Below are positions 18,604-28,403 of a DNA stretch of 64,000 nucleotides, one piece after another. The translations under genes were made by a program, and so were the position numbers. Source of the DNA: an uncultured Clostridia bacterium. GTDB taxonomy: Bacteria; Bacillota; Clostridia; Lachnospirales; CAG-274. The number at the start of each line of letters is the position of its first letter. The stretch's first letter is position 1. The notes below the pieces were generated by a model, which searched no databases, was not told the DNA's origin, and was given only the letters and a program-made list of their open reading frames with translations. The stretch covers positions 11,826 through 75,825 of the forward strand of contig CANRPW010000006.1 in assembly GCA_947632615.1 (NCBI GenBank), in the 5' to 3' direction.

Positions 18604-19062
18604 GTGATTGATGCAGTAAGCTGCGGAGGTGTAGTTATATTCAGAGGAAAAGTGCTGCTGCTTTATAAAAATCAGAACGGCAGGTATATGGGGTGGGTGC
18701 TTCCTAAGGGAACAGTTGAGCCCGGTGAAACTTTTCAGGAAACAGCGCTAAGAGAAGTAAAAGAAGAAACAGACGCTGATGCCAGAATAATCAAATATAT
18801 AGGAAAAACTCAATATACCTTCAGAGGGGCGGAGGATATTATAAACAAAACCGTCCACTGGTATTTTATGACGGCTAACTCTTACCACTACAAGCCGCAA
18901 GCAGAGGAATTTTTTGCAGATGCAGGCTTCTATAAGCAGCATGAAGCTTATTATCTCCTTAAGTTCCACGACGAAAAGCAGATAATGCGACGTGCTTATA
19001 TGGAATATATGGAGCTTAAGCACAAAGAATCCGCTGCTAAGTATTTTAAGAAAAACATCTAA
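18604..19062 (+). CDS. NUDIX hydrolase
   Basis: Nudix box GWVLPKGTVEPGETFQETALREVKEETD. GTG 18604 sits 6 nt after GGAGGA; the ORF-track TTG 18511 has no RBS. Confidence 0.75.
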   Translation: MIDAVSCGGVVIFRGKVLLLYKNQNGRYMGWVLPKGTVEPGETFQETALREVKEETDADARIIKYIGKTQYTFRGAEDIINKTVHWYFMTANSYHYKPQAEEFFADAGFYKQHEAYYLLKFHDEKQIMRRAYMEYMELKHKESAAKYFKKNI

Positions 19063-19087
19063 GATTTCCACGAAAGGAGGACCTATT

Positions 19088-19387
19088 ATGGAAGACTCTT
19101 ACAAGGCTTCTATTCAAGAGATCAAAAAGAAACTCAACAAACTCCAGACAGCGTCAAACCTTAAGTTTTTAATATTTATAATATGCGGCGTTGCTGTTTT
19201 TACGCTTATTGTTATTTATATAATTTTAAAGCTTAAAGACTCGGCTGATCCATATGATATGTATGAGGAATATGATGACGATGACTTCGATGTTTATCCC
19301 TTTGACGAAGAAGACTTTGAATTAGAAGAAGAGGAAGCAGACGAAGCAGAGGAAGTTGAAGAAGCTGAAGAAGCTAAAGAAGAATAA
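19088..19387 (+). CDS. Small single-pass membrane protein with highly acidic C-terminal tail
   Basis: ATG 19088 follows the AGGAGGA RBS. One TM segment (FLIFIICGVAVFTLIVIYIIL) is followed by a D/E-rich tail (YEEYDDDDFD...EEEEADEAEEVEEAEEAKEE). Confidence 0.55.
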   Translation: MEDSYKASIQEIKKKLNKLQTASNLKFLIFIICGVAVFTLIVIYIILKLKDSADPYDMYEEYDDDDFDVYPFDEEDFELEEEEADEAEEVEEAEEAKEE

Positions 19388-19395
19388 TTAAAACC

Positions 19396-19441
19396 AAGGA
19401 GCGGTTTTTGTGATATGCAGCAAAAAACTGCTCCTTTTGTT
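19396..19441 (+). terminator. Intrinsic terminator
   Basis: 14-bp stem aaggagcggttttt / aaaaactgctcctt (one G-T) followed by ttgttg. Confidence 0.5.
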
Positions 19442-19485
19442 GTGGATGTTCACCATCCGCAAGTCATAAAAAGGAGGAACTTAAA

Positions 19486-20175
19486 ATGAAAAAAATGTTA
19501 TTATTAGGCGCAGCCTTGGCTATGTGTTTCAATCCGTTTACGGTTTTGGCTTCCCAGGGAACGCAGCAGGCACAAATAACCTACAAAAACATAACCGTAT
19601 ACACCGACGGCAAGCTTGTTGACACAACAGGCGCAGAGCCATTTATTTACAACGGTACTACATATCTCCCCGTAAGAGCCATAGCAAACGCTGTAGGCAA
19701 GGAGGTAAACTGGGTAGGCGAAACCAACACAGTCTATCTTGGGGCTATGCCCTCAGCCTTTGTAGAAACAGACACCCTTCTTGAAGATATGTACTCCTAC
19801 AACAACAGCTTTGCAAAAATAGAGCATGTAAATAAGGGCGCAGACAACCAAAACCAAAAGCACGAAAGCGGCTGCCTTCTTAAATGCACAAGCGTAGGGG
19901 CAGAAACCGAAAATAAAGTGGAATATTCATTAAACGGTAAATATAAGAGCTTTAAAGCCGTTGTTGCCGTGCCTTATGTTGAAAGAAACAATAAAAATCC
20001 CAAAACAGTCAAAATATATTCAGATGATAAGGTAGTATATACCTCAAACCCCATGAAGGCAGATTCACAGCCCGAAGCAGTTGACATTGATGTCTCAGAT
20101 ACAGCAGTGCTCAAAATAGAGGTAGAAGGCTCAGGCATAATAGGCTTATATGACGCTATGTTTTACACAAAATAA
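19486..20175 (+). CDS. Secreted stalk-domain (copper-amine-oxidase-N-like) protein with C-terminal NPCBM-like beta domain
   Basis: Signal peptide MKKMLLLGAALAMCFNPFTVLA. PFIYNGTTYLPVRAIANAVGKEVNW is the typical stalk-domain core. The assignment of the C-terminal beta-rich module is tentative. Confidence 0.65.
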   Translation: MKKMLLLGAALAMCFNPFTVLASQGTQQAQITYKNITVYTDGKLVDTTGAEPFIYNGTTYLPVRAIANAVGKEVNWVGETNTVYLGAMPSAFVETDTLLEDMYSYNNSFAKIEHVNKGADNQNQKHESGCLLKCTSVGAETENKVEYSLNGKYKSFKAVVAVPYVERNNKNPKTVKIYSDDKVVYTSNPMKADSQPEAVDIDVSDTAVLKIEVEGSGIIGLYDAMFYTK

Positions 20176-20329
20176 AGCCGACCATATAAACGGCTCATAA
20201 GCGGAGCGAGGGAACAAAGAAAAGACAGGGGAGAGCAGCTTTGCTGCTCTCCCCTGTCTTTTCTTTGTTCCCTCGCTCCGCCCCCGGTGGTCCGCCTTCT
20301 TTTAACATCTGTGATGTTAAAAGGAGGCG
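20176..20329. repeat. GC-rich hairpin array A4 between a convergent stalk-domain gene and xylB
   Basis: 20176-20195 (weak 5-bp stem); 20201-20239/20243-20281 (39 bp perfect, loop ttt); 20293-20309/20313-20329 (17 bp, one G-T, loop tgt). Confidence 0.9.
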
Positions 20330-20338
20330 TGGCCAACA

Positions 20339-21829
20339 TTATAATTCTTTAAGATAGGCGAAGTTTTCTTTATTCGTTTTATAAAGCCTTCTGAAAAGCT
20401 CATAATATTTGTTATAAATTTCGGTATTTCCCGAAGGTGCAAATTCCTTGACTACCTTCACGCAGTCACCCTTTGCGCTTTCAAGATCCTTTGCCATTCC
20501 TGCGCCTGCAAGGGCTATAAGAGCCGCGCCGTATGACGGACCCTCGGATATATTAAGCACCTTTAAGGGTATGCCAAGTATGTCGGAGATTATCTGTCCC
20601 CAAAGATCGGATTTTGCTCCGCCCCCTGTAATATATACCTCTTTAAGCTCGGTGAATTTTACCACTTCTTCATAAAGATCTCTCACGGCAAAGCCAACGC
20701 CCTCCATAATGCTTCTTATATAACAGCCCTTGTCGGTGTTTCCGTTAATGCCGAAAAATACGCCTCTTGCGTTGGGATCGTTGTGTGGCGAGCGCTCTCC
20801 GAAAAGATATGGCAAAAATATAAGTCCGCCGCTGCCTGCGGGCGCTTTTGCTCCAAGCTCATTTAACTCGTCAAACGAAATGTCACTTAAAAATGTGCGC
20901 TTAAATTGGTTAAGCGCCTCTCCTGCGCAGAGCATACAGCCCATGGCATAATAGCTGTCGGGTACGGAATAATTAAAAAGATGCACTCCCCCCGTCACCT
21001 CAGACTCTATTTTGTCTACAAAGCCTATAACAGTACCGCTTGTGCCTATGCTCACAACGCCCTGTCCTGCCTTTACAACGCCGTTGCCTACGGCAGCACA
21101 ACTGTTGTCCGCTCCGCCGCAGACTACCTTGCACTCAGGCTTAAGCCCTGTTTCGCTGCAAACGTCAGCCTTTACGTTTCCCACAACGCCAACAGACGGC
21201 AGCAGCTTGGGAAGAATACTTGGCGACACTCCCACCTTTTCGCAAAGCTCTGTAGACCAGTCGCTCTTTTTAACATCTAAAAGAAGAGTGCCTGCCGCAT
21301 CTGACAGATCGGTGGCTATTTCACCGCTGAGGCGGTAGTTTATGTAATCCTTTGGCATTATCACCCTATCAAGCCTTGCAAAATTTTCAGGCTCGTTTTC
21401 CTTAAGCCAAAGTATTTTAGGCAGTGTAAAGCCCTCTAAAGCCAGATTGCAGGTCATATCAAGGAGCTTTTCCTTGCCTCCCGCAAGGTCGAATATCTCC
21501 TTTACCTGCTTGCTTGTTCTTGTGTCGTTCCATAAAAGCGCAGGGCGAATGACCTTTCCTGCCTTATCTAAAAATACCGATGAGTGCATTTGTCCCGATA
21601 CGGCTATAGCCCCTACCTTGTCCGCTGTGTCGGGGTTTTCCTTAAAAAGCGCCTTAAGCGCCTTAAGAGTACCCTCCCACCAGACCTCGGGGTCTTGCTC
21701 TACACAGCCGCCCTCATAAAAATCGGGGAGATATTCAGCCCTTGCAGATGCTTGGGGTGTGCCCTTTTCATCTGTCAGAAGAACCTTTACTCCGCTTGTT
21801 CCCAAGTCTATTCCTACAACATATTTCAT
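20339..21829 (-). CDS. xylB: Xylulokinase (FGGY carbohydrate kinase)
   Basis: 496 aa starting MKYVVGIDLGTSGVKVLL, with both FGGY N- and C-domain patterns (GGGAKS...). Length and N-terminus are typical of XylB. Confidence 0.8.
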   Translation of the reverse strand: MKYVVGIDLGTSGVKVLLTDEKGTPQASARAEYLPDFYEGGCVEQDPEVWWEGTLKALKALFKENPDTADKVGAIAVSGQMHSSVFLDKAGKVIRPALLWNDTRTSKQVKEIFDLAGGKEKLLDMTCNLALEGFTLPKILWLKENEPENFARLDRVIMPKDYINYRLSGEIATDLSDAAGTLLLDVKKSDWSTELCEKVGVSPSILPKLLPSVGVVGNVKADVCSETGLKPECKVVCGGADNSCAAVGNGVVKAGQGVVSIGTSGTVIGFVDKIESEVTGGVHLFNYSVPDSYYAMGCMLCAGEALNQFKRTFLSDISFDELNELGAKAPAGSGGLIFLPYLFGERSPHNDPNARGVFFGINGNTDKGCYIRSIMEGVGFAVRDLYEEVVKFTELKEVYITGGGAKSDLWGQIISDILGIPLKVLNISEGPSYGAALIALAGAGMAKDLESAKGDCVKVVKEFAPSGNTEIYNKYYELFRRLYKTNKENFAYLKEL

Positions 21830-21847
21830 AAAAACACCTCTCCTATA

Positions 21848-22267
21848 TCAAAGTGTGATGGTTTCGCCGTTTTCAAGAGGTATAAGCTCCTCTATAATGC
21901 CAAGCTCGGGGGTGATTATACTTTTCGGCGTAATTATACACACTCTGTTGCTTTCGTTTCCTCCCACAAAGCTGCCTACAAAGCTCTTTTTATCAGCAAG
22001 AGTTATCTTGACGTGCATCCCTCTTTTAAATGTCACGCCCTTATACTCAATTATCTCTATGGGGAAAAGACTGCGATATTTTTCTATCATTCTTTTTACG
22101 TCCATCATCTGCGCCCTGATGGCAGGCATTGACTTTACAAGCCTTCTGAAACGCAGAAATGACATAATTGTCCAAGTGAAGATAAGGGCTAAAAAAGCCG
22201 CCATCACAATATTCTGAACGGTAACAACAAATGTTAAGCCGCCAATATTTAAAACATATCCGTTCAT
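21848..22267 (-). CDS. Hypothetical membrane-anchored protein
   Basis: 139-aa ORF with one N-terminal TM segment. It overlaps the upstream gene stop by 4 nt. I recognise no family. Confidence 0.5.
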   Translation of the reverse strand: MNGYVLNIGGLTFVVTVQNIVMAAFLALIFTWTIMSFLRFRRLVKSMPAIRAQMMDVKRMIEKYRSLFPIEIIEYKGVTFKRGMHVKITLADKKSFVGSFVGGNESNRVCIITPKSIITPELGIIEELIPLENGETITL

Positions 22268-23394
22268 AAGGTCTCACCTCCGCAGATTATACTCTCTATA
22301 AACTGCCTTGCCACTCTGCCGGAAAAGCCCCCTGCGCTCATTTCGTAGGTCTTGGCTGCCGCTATAAGCCCTTCCGTAGGCTCTATGCCGTTTTCTATGG
22401 CTATACCCTTTACTATTTCAATAAATTCCTTCTGGCTTGGTCTTGTAAATGTGAGCTTAAGCCCAAACCTGTCTGAAAGGGATATTTTTTCGTTGATCTG
22501 ATCTGACGTGTGCATTTCGCCCTTTTGTGATATATCTCCCCTATCGTCCCATTTTTCCGCTATAATGTGGCGGCGGTTAGATGTGGCGTAGAAAATAACA
22601 TTCCCCGGCTTGACCTCCGCACTGCCCTCAAGCACGCTTTTAAGGTGCTTATATGAGGTCTCTTCGGCTTCAAAAGACAGGTCGTCTATAAACACTATAA
22701 ATTTGAAATTCCTTTCGGAAAGTGTGGGCATAAGCTCGGGCAGAAGATGAATATCGTCCTTTGATGCCTCTATAAGCCTTAAGCCTTTGTCAAAATATTT
22801 GTTTATAAGAGCCTTTACAGATGACGACTTGCCCGTTCCCCTTGCACCGAAAAGCAGTGTATTTCTTGCGGGCTTACCCTCCAAAAATGAAACGGTGTTT
22901 GCCTCCAACGCCTCCAACTGGCGCTCATAGCAAAATATATTGTCAAATGTAATTGGGTCGAATATCTTAACAGGCAAAAGCTCGCCCTTTCTGCTAAGTC
23001 TGAAGCCCTTATAAAGCGCAAACTCTCCGCAGCCCCTTGCGCTGTGAAAACTGACCAGCCTTTTTACAAGGTCCTCCGGGCTTTTAAAATCTAAAAATTC
23101 TTCGGTTATATCATATTTGCAGGGTATAAGGGGCTTATAATCGCCAAAATAGGCATTTGCCCCGCAGGTCTTATATTTTTTTATAATATCCCCTACCTCA
23201 GATACGGCAATGGGATATATCCCCGACTCCTCTTTCATAATACCCTTTTCACAGCTGAGTGAAAAAATGTTTTCTTCGGTTATGAGCCTGTAAAGCATAT
23301 GCTTTTTTACAATGTTTCCCCCAAAACCGTGCTTTTCGGCAAATTCGGGGTAGTTTACCTTTTCCGGCTCATATGTACCGTAAATATATGTCAT
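22264..23394 (-). CDS. DUF815-type AAA ATPase
   Basis: Walker A LLFGARGTGKSS and Walker B FIVFIDDLSF. The overall layout matches the ATP-binding protein family DUF815 (recall). Confidence 0.7.
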   Translation of the reverse strand: MTYIYGTYEPEKVNYPEFAEKHGFGGNIVKKHMLYRLITEENIFSLSCEKGIMKEESGIYPIAVSEVGDIIKKYKTCGANAYFGDYKPLIPCKYDITEEFLDFKSPEDLVKRLVSFHSARGCGEFALYKGFRLSRKGELLPVKIFDPITFDNIFCYERQLEALEANTVSFLEGKPARNTLLFGARGTGKSSSVKALINKYFDKGLRLIEASKDDIHLLPELMPTLSERNFKFIVFIDDLSFEAEETSYKHLKSVLEGSAEVKPGNVIFYATSNRRHIIAEKWDDRGDISQKGEMHTSDQINEKISLSDRFGLKLTFTRPSQKEFIEIVKGIAIENGIEPTEGLIAAAKTYEMSAGGFSGRVARQFIESIICGGETL

Positions 23395-23408
23395 AACATC
23401 ACTTCCAA

Positions 23409-24503
23409 TTATACGTTAAATCTGAACAGAACTACATCTCCGTCTTTAAATACATAATCTCTGCCTTCGCTTCTGTATACGCCTGCTTCCTTAGCTGCAT
23501 TAATAGAGCCTAAAGAAACCAGCTCGTCATAAGTGACAACCTCTGCCCTTATAAAGCCTCTTTCAAAGTCAGAATGTATCTTACCTGCCGCTTGGGGCGC
23601 CTTTGTGCCCTTTTCGATAGTCCATGCCCTACATTCCTTTTCGCCTGCCGTAAGATAGCTTATAAGCCCCAAAAGCTTATAGCTTGCCTTTATAAGTCTG
23701 TCAAGTCCGCTTTCCGATAAGCCAAGCTCCTCTAAAAACTCCTGCTTTTCATCGGCATCTAAGGTAGCTATCTCCTCCTCTATCTTTGCGCAGATAACAA
23801 ATACCTCGTCCCCAAACTCCTTGGCATGGTCTCTTACTGCCTGTGTAAAATCGTTTTCTCCCCCGGCAAGCAGACAGTCCTCGTCTACGTTTGCAGCGTA
23901 CAAAACAGGCTTAAGAGTAAGCAGATTAAGCCCCTTTGCAAGCTCCTCCTCTTCCTCATCCGCAAAGCTTATGCTTCTTGGAGAAACTCCCTCTTCAAGA
24001 GCCTTCTTTATCTTCTGAAGCACCTCTACCTCTGCCTTAAGGCTCTTATCTGACATTGCCTGCTTTACAGTCTTGGCAAGCCGTCTTTCAACTACCTCCA
24101 TATCCGCAAGCATAAGCTCTAAATTGATGGTCTCTATATCCGCCACAGGGTCTATCTTTGCATCAACGTGTACTATGTTTGAGTCTTCAAAGCATCTTAC
24201 AACATGAACTATAGCATCTACCTCGCGTATGTGTGAGAGAAACTTGTTTCCCAGTCCCTCGCCGTGAGATGCGCCCTTAACAAGCCCTGCTATATCCACA
24301 AATTCTATAACAGCAGGGGTTATTTTTTTTGTATTATACATTTTACCCAGAACATCAAGCCTTTTGTCAGGCACGTTTACAACGCCCACATTGGGGTCGA
24401 TAGTACAGAAGGGATAGTTTGCCGCCTGAGCGCCGCCTCCTGTAAGAGAGTTGAAAAGCGTGCTTTTGCCTACGTTTGGCAGTCCTACGATTCCTAATTT
24501 CAT
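23409..24503 (-). CDS. ychF: Ribosome-binding ATPase YchF
   Basis: [18 protein letters not shown], ...[12 protein letters not shown]..., and a C-terminal TGS-like region FIRAEV. 364 aa. Confidence 0.93.
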   Translation of the reverse strand: MKLGIVGLPNVGKSTLFNSLTGGGAQAANYPFCTIDPNVGVVNVPDKRLDVLGKMYNTKKITPAVIEFVDIAGLVKGASHGEGLGNKFLSHIREVDAIVHVVRCFEDSNIVHVDAKIDPVADIETINLELMLADMEVVERRLAKTVKQAMSDKSLKAEVEVLQKIKKALEEGVSPRSISFADEEEEELAKGLNLLTLKPVLYAANVDEDCLLAGGENDFTQAVRDHAKEFGDEVFVICAKIEEEIATLDADEKQEFLEELGLSESGLDRLIKASYKLLGLISYLTAGEKECRAWTIEKGTKAPQAAGKIHSDFERGFIRAEVVTYDELVSLGSINAAKEAGVYRSEGRDYVFKDGDVVLFRFNV

Positions 24504-24533
24504 TAAAGTCTTTCCTTTCGTTTAATACTTTCC

Positions 24534-24564
24534 GGCAAAAAAAACGGCATCATAAAAAATGCCG
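24534..24564 (-). terminator. Intrinsic terminator (minus strand) after a small membrane-protein gene
   Basis: The minus strand reads cggcat-tttttatg-atgccg followed by tttttttt. Confidence 0.5.
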
Positions 24565-24585
24565 CAATTAAAAGCCTATGCTTTA

Positions 24586-24768
24586 TTAAGAATTTTTGCC
24601 GGCTATAAAGCCCATAAGCAAGCCATTTACAAAAACAGCGCCAAGTGCCGCACAAACAACAGCTATAACCTTAGACTTATCCTTCTTCGGGATAACAACA
24701 CAGTTTTTCTTAGGAGCCTCTAATGCTTCTTTAGCTTTATTTCTGTAATGAACTCTTGCGTTTGCCAT
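24586..24768 (-). CDS. Small membrane protein (60 aa)
   Basis: ATG 24768 follows the GGAGG RBS. There is one C-terminal TM segment (VIAVVCAALGAVFVNGLLMGFIA). Confidence 0.5.
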   Translation of the reverse strand: MANARVHYRNKAKEALEAPKKNCVVIPKKDKSKVIAVVCAALGAVFVNGLLMGFIAGKNS

Positions 24769-25007
24769 ATTAAACAGCCTCCTTTGCCGCATTTTTATAC
24801 GTTGAACATTAAATTATATATATTATAACACATAAAAAGAGTATTTAAAAGACATTTTATTAATTTTTTTCAAAATAATTGAAAGAAATATAGCTTTAAG
24901 TCTATAAAAATATATTGTTTTTTACAAATTGGTATGGAAAAACCGCCTGACTTGGTTTATACTATATAATGAATAAGTTTATGAACATTTTTATATGGAG
25001 GCTGTTT

Positions 25008-25541
25008 ATGTATAAAAGAATAAAGCGAGAGGATATTTACAAGGGCAGAATAATCGACGTAAAGCGTGACACCGTGCTTTTGCCAAACGGACGTGAGACC
25101 ACAAGAGAGCTTGTGCTCCACTGTGATGCCTGCGGTATGGTGGCAGTTGACGATGAGGGCATGATAATTCTTGTCAGGCAGTACAGATATCCCGTAGGGC
25201 TTGAAATGCCTGAGATACCCGCAGGGCTTGTAGAGCCGGGAGAAACGCCCGAAGCCTGCGCCTTAAGAGAGCTTGAAGAAGAAACCTCATATAAGGCAGA
25301 GCATATAGAGCATATGACGAGCTTTCACACCTCAGCAGGCTTTTCAAACGAGGTATTGCACGTTTACCTTTGCACAGGGCTAAAAAAAGGAAATATGAAG
25401 CTTGACGACGATGAAATACTCACATACGAGCGCCACAGCCTTGAAGATATAAAAAAGATGATATTTTCGGGAGAAATTACCGACAGCAAGACAATTATAG
25501 GCATACTTATGTACAACGAAATGTTAAACAACGGGAGATAA
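25008..25541 (+). CDS. NUDIX hydrolase, ADP-ribose pyrophosphatase-like
   Basis: Nudix box GLVEPGETPEACALRELEEETSY and an N-terminal YKGRIIDVKRDTV typical of NudF-type enzymes. ATG 25008 follows GGAGG. Confidence 0.8.
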   Translation: MYKRIKREDIYKGRIIDVKRDTVLLPNGRETTRELVLHCDACGMVAVDDEGMIILVRQYRYPVGLEMPEIPAGLVEPGETPEACALRELEEETSYKAEHIEHMTSFHTSAGFSNEVLHVYLCTGLKKGNMKLDDDEILTYERHSLEDIKKMIFSGEITDSKTIIGILMYNEMLNNGR

Positions 25542-25546
25542 ATAAT

Positions 25547-26518
25547 ATGGAATGGAACAAAGCAACAGTAAGAACTACCCAGGAAGGCTGCGAAGCAGTG
25601 TGTGCCGTGCTTATGGAGGCAGGTATTGTGGGCATGGAGATCGACGACCCCCTTCAGAAAAAGCACTATTTTGAAACCCCCTCGGAAACTTGGGACTATG
25701 TGGAGGAGGGGCTTCTCAAAATAACCGACGAAGACGTAAAGGTAATATTCTACATAAGTGCAAACCCCTACGGCGATGAGCTTCTCCTTGCCGTAAGAGA
25801 AGGTATAGCCCGCCTTAAAGCCTCAGACAGCGGGCTTGACCTTGGAAGCCTTGAAATAGAAACTGAAAACGACTTAGACGACGAAAGATGGCTCAATAAA
25901 TGGAAGGAATATTACAAGCCCTTTAATATGGGCGAAAAGCTCCTTATAAAGCCAATATGGGAAGACGCCCCAAAAACCGACAGAACGGTCCTCACCATAA
26001 ACCCGGGTAATCTTTTTGGCACAGGTCTTCATCAGACAACGGCTCTTTGCCTTGAAACCATTGAAAAATATGTAAAACCCGGCTTTAAAGTGTTGGATCT
26101 TGGCTGCGGCAGCGGCATACTCTCTATAGCCTCACTTCTTTTGGGGGCAGAGAGCGCCTTTGCCTGCGACATAGACGAAAACGCAGAAACAGCCGCCTAT
26201 GAAAATGCCGCAAACAACGGCATAGGCAAAGACAGATATTATGTCACATCGGGAAACATACTCTCTGATGATGAGCTTATTGAAAAAATAGGCACAGACA
26301 AATACGACCTTGTTTTAGCAAACATTGTAGCCGATATAATTATAGAAATTGCCCCTAAAGCCTATGCTCAGCTTAAAAGCGGAGGAATCTTCATTTCCTC
26401 GGGCATAATTAAGGACAGGCTTGACGAGGTAAAGCGAGCCATAAAAGCGCAGGGCTTTAATATCTTGAAGACCCGCATAAAAGACGAATGGTGCAGCATT
26501 ACGGCAAGAAAAGAGTGA
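25547..26518 (+). CDS. prmA: Ribosomal protein L11 methyltransferase
   Basis: WLNKWKEYYKPF, GTGLHQTT and SAM motif VLDLGCGSGILSI. 323 aa. Confidence 0.9.
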   Translation: MEWNKATVRTTQEGCEAVCAVLMEAGIVGMEIDDPLQKKHYFETPSETWDYVEEGLLKITDEDVKVIFYISANPYGDELLLAVREGIARLKASDSGLDLGSLEIETENDLDDERWLNKWKEYYKPFNMGEKLLIKPIWEDAPKTDRTVLTINPGNLFGTGLHQTTALCLETIEKYVKPGFKVLDLGCGSGILSIASLLLGAESAFACDIDENAETAAYENAANNGIGKDRYYVTSGNILSDDELIEKIGTDKYDLVLANIVADIIIEIAPKAYAQLKSGGIFISSGIIKDRLDEVKRAIKAQGFNILKTRIKDEWCSITARKE

Positions 26519-26522
26519 AAAT

Positions 26523-27260
26523 ATGCCTAAATTTTTTACGGATAAAGAGCTAATATACGAAAACAGCCTTGAAATAAAAAACGAAGAAGCCCTGCATATA
26601 GCTGAGGTTCTCAGAATGAAACCCGGAGAAGAGCTTATTGTAGGCGACGGCGATATGACAGACTATATATGCCGTATTTCATCCGCCAAAAAATCCGCTG
26701 TTGTATGTGATATAATCAAAAAAGAAAAAAACCGGAACGAGCCTGAGCTTAAAATAACACTTTTTCAGGCTCTGCCCAAAGGCGACAAAATGGAAACCGT
26801 CATACAAAAATGCGTTGAAATAGGCGTTTGCGAAATAATACCTATAGACACAAAAAATTCCATGGTGCGCCTGAAAGGCAAGGAAGATAAAAAAACAGCA
26901 AGATGGAACAAAATAGCCTACGCCGCAGCCAAACAATGCGGCAGGGGCATAATACCAAAGGTAAAATCCCTTATGCCCTTTGAAGAAGCCTGCAAATATG
27001 CAGGGACAAGCTTTGACGGGGCGCTTATACCCTATGAGTGCGAGCGGGATAACTCCATAAAAAAATATGCCTCAGGCTTTACGGGCAAAAGCCTTGCCAT
27101 ATTTATAGGCTCAGAGGGCGGCTTTGACCCGTCGGAGGTAGATATTGCCATAAAATCGGGGCTTGCTCCCGTGACTATGGGAAAACGGATATTAAGAACA
27201 GAAACCGCCGGGCTTGTTGCCTCGGTAATAATGCTTTATGAGAAAGGTGATATGAGTTGA
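26523..27260 (+). CDS. rsmE: 16S rRNA (uracil1498-N3)-methyltransferase
   Basis: 245 aa, SPOUT fold. The C-terminal IGSEGGF...LGKRILRTETA is the RsmE signature. prmA-rsmE synteny is common. Confidence 0.88.
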   Translation: MPKFFTDKELIYENSLEIKNEEALHIAEVLRMKPGEELIVGDGDMTDYICRISSAKKSAVVCDIIKKEKNRNEPELKITLFQALPKGDKMETVIQKCVEIGVCEIIPIDTKNSMVRLKGKEDKKTARWNKIAYAAAKQCGRGIIPKVKSLMPFEEACKYAGTSFDGALIPYECERDNSIKKYASGFTGKSLAIFIGSEGGFDPSEVDIAIKSGLAPVTMGKRILRTETAGLVASVIMLYEKGDMS

Positions 27261-28387
27261 TATATTTTGACAACGCCTCTACAACAAAAACCTCACAAAA
27301 GGCAGCAGAGTGGGCTATGAAAATGATGACGGAGCTTTACGCCAACCCCTCATCACTTCACAGTTTTGGCTTTGATGCGGAAAAGGTTATAACAGGGGCA
27401 AGAGAGACCATTAACAAGGCAATAAATTCAAACGGCGAGGTAATATTTACCTCAGGAGGCACAGAAGCCAACAACACCGTAATTTTAGGCGCAGCAAACG
27501 CCTATAAAAGACGTGGCAAGCATTTTATAACCACAGCTATAGAACACCCCTCCGTCACAGCCGCATATAAACAGCTTGAAATGTCAGGCTGTGAGGTAGA
27601 CTATTTAAGCCTTGACAAAAACGGAAATATAAGCCTTGACGAGCTTAAGGAAAAGCTCCGCCCGGACACTGTAATGGTAAGCCTTATGGCAGTAAACAAC
27701 GAAATAGGCACTGTAAACGACATAAAGGCGATATACGAGCTTATAAAAGCCAAAAATCCCGACTGTCTTTATCACGCCGACTGTGTGCAGGCGTTTTGTA
27801 AACATCATATAAACGGCAAATATGCCGATTTTATAACCATAAGCGCACACAAGATATTCGGCACAAAGGGCTGCGGAGCTATCTGCCATAAAAAGGGCTT
27901 GCGCTTCACCCCAAGAGTATTTGGGGGAGGTCAGCAAAACGCTGTCAGACCCGGTACGGAAAACACCCCCGGCATAGCTGCCTTTGCCTGTGCAGCCTCC
28001 GACCTTGCGCCCCACATTGACGAAAACCTTAAAAAGGTTAGTGAGGTAAAAGCCGAGCTTATGAAAATAAGGGAAGAACTGCCCGACATTCATATAAACG
28101 GAGCAAACACCTCTCCTTACATACTCAATTTGAGCTTTGAGGGCATAAGGGGGGAGGTTCTGCTTCACACCTTAGAGGACAGGGGCATATATGTTGCCAC
28201 AGGTTCGGCTTGTTCCTCAAAGGCAAAGAAAAACGAAAATGTAACGGCTAAGGTTTACGGACCGGCAAGAGGCGGCAGCGCAGTGCGCTTCAGTTTTTCA
28301 AGCCTTAACGAGTTAAAAGAAGCTAAAGAAACCGTAAATGTGCTTAAAGAGGTCGTTCCCGTGCTTAAAAGGTTTCAAAGACACTGA
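27257..28387 (+). CDS. Cysteine desulfurase (NifS/IscS class V aminotransferase)
   Basis: YFDNASTT, SGGTEANN, SAHKIFGTKG (PLP Lys) and SGSACSS (active-site Cys). It lies upstream of thiI, so it is probably the s4U sulfur donor. Confidence 0.88.
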   Translation: MIYFDNASTTKTSQKAAEWAMKMMTELYANPSSLHSFGFDAEKVITGARETINKAINSNGEVIFTSGGTEANNTVILGAANAYKRRGKHFITTAIEHPSVTAAYKQLEMSGCEVDYLSLDKNGNISLDELKEKLRPDTVMVSLMAVNNEIGTVNDIKAIYELIKAKNPDCLYHADCVQAFCKHHINGKYADFITISAHKIFGTKGCGAICHKKGLRFTPRVFGGGQQNAVRPGTENTPGIAAFACAASDLAPHIDENLKKVSEVKAELMKIREELPDIHINGANTSPYILNLSFEGIRGEVLLHTLEDRGIYVATGSACSSKAKKNENVTAKVYGPARGGSAVRFSFSSLNELKEAKETVNVLKEVVPVLKRFQRH

Positions 28388-28403
28388 TATAAAAGGAGAA
28401 ATC

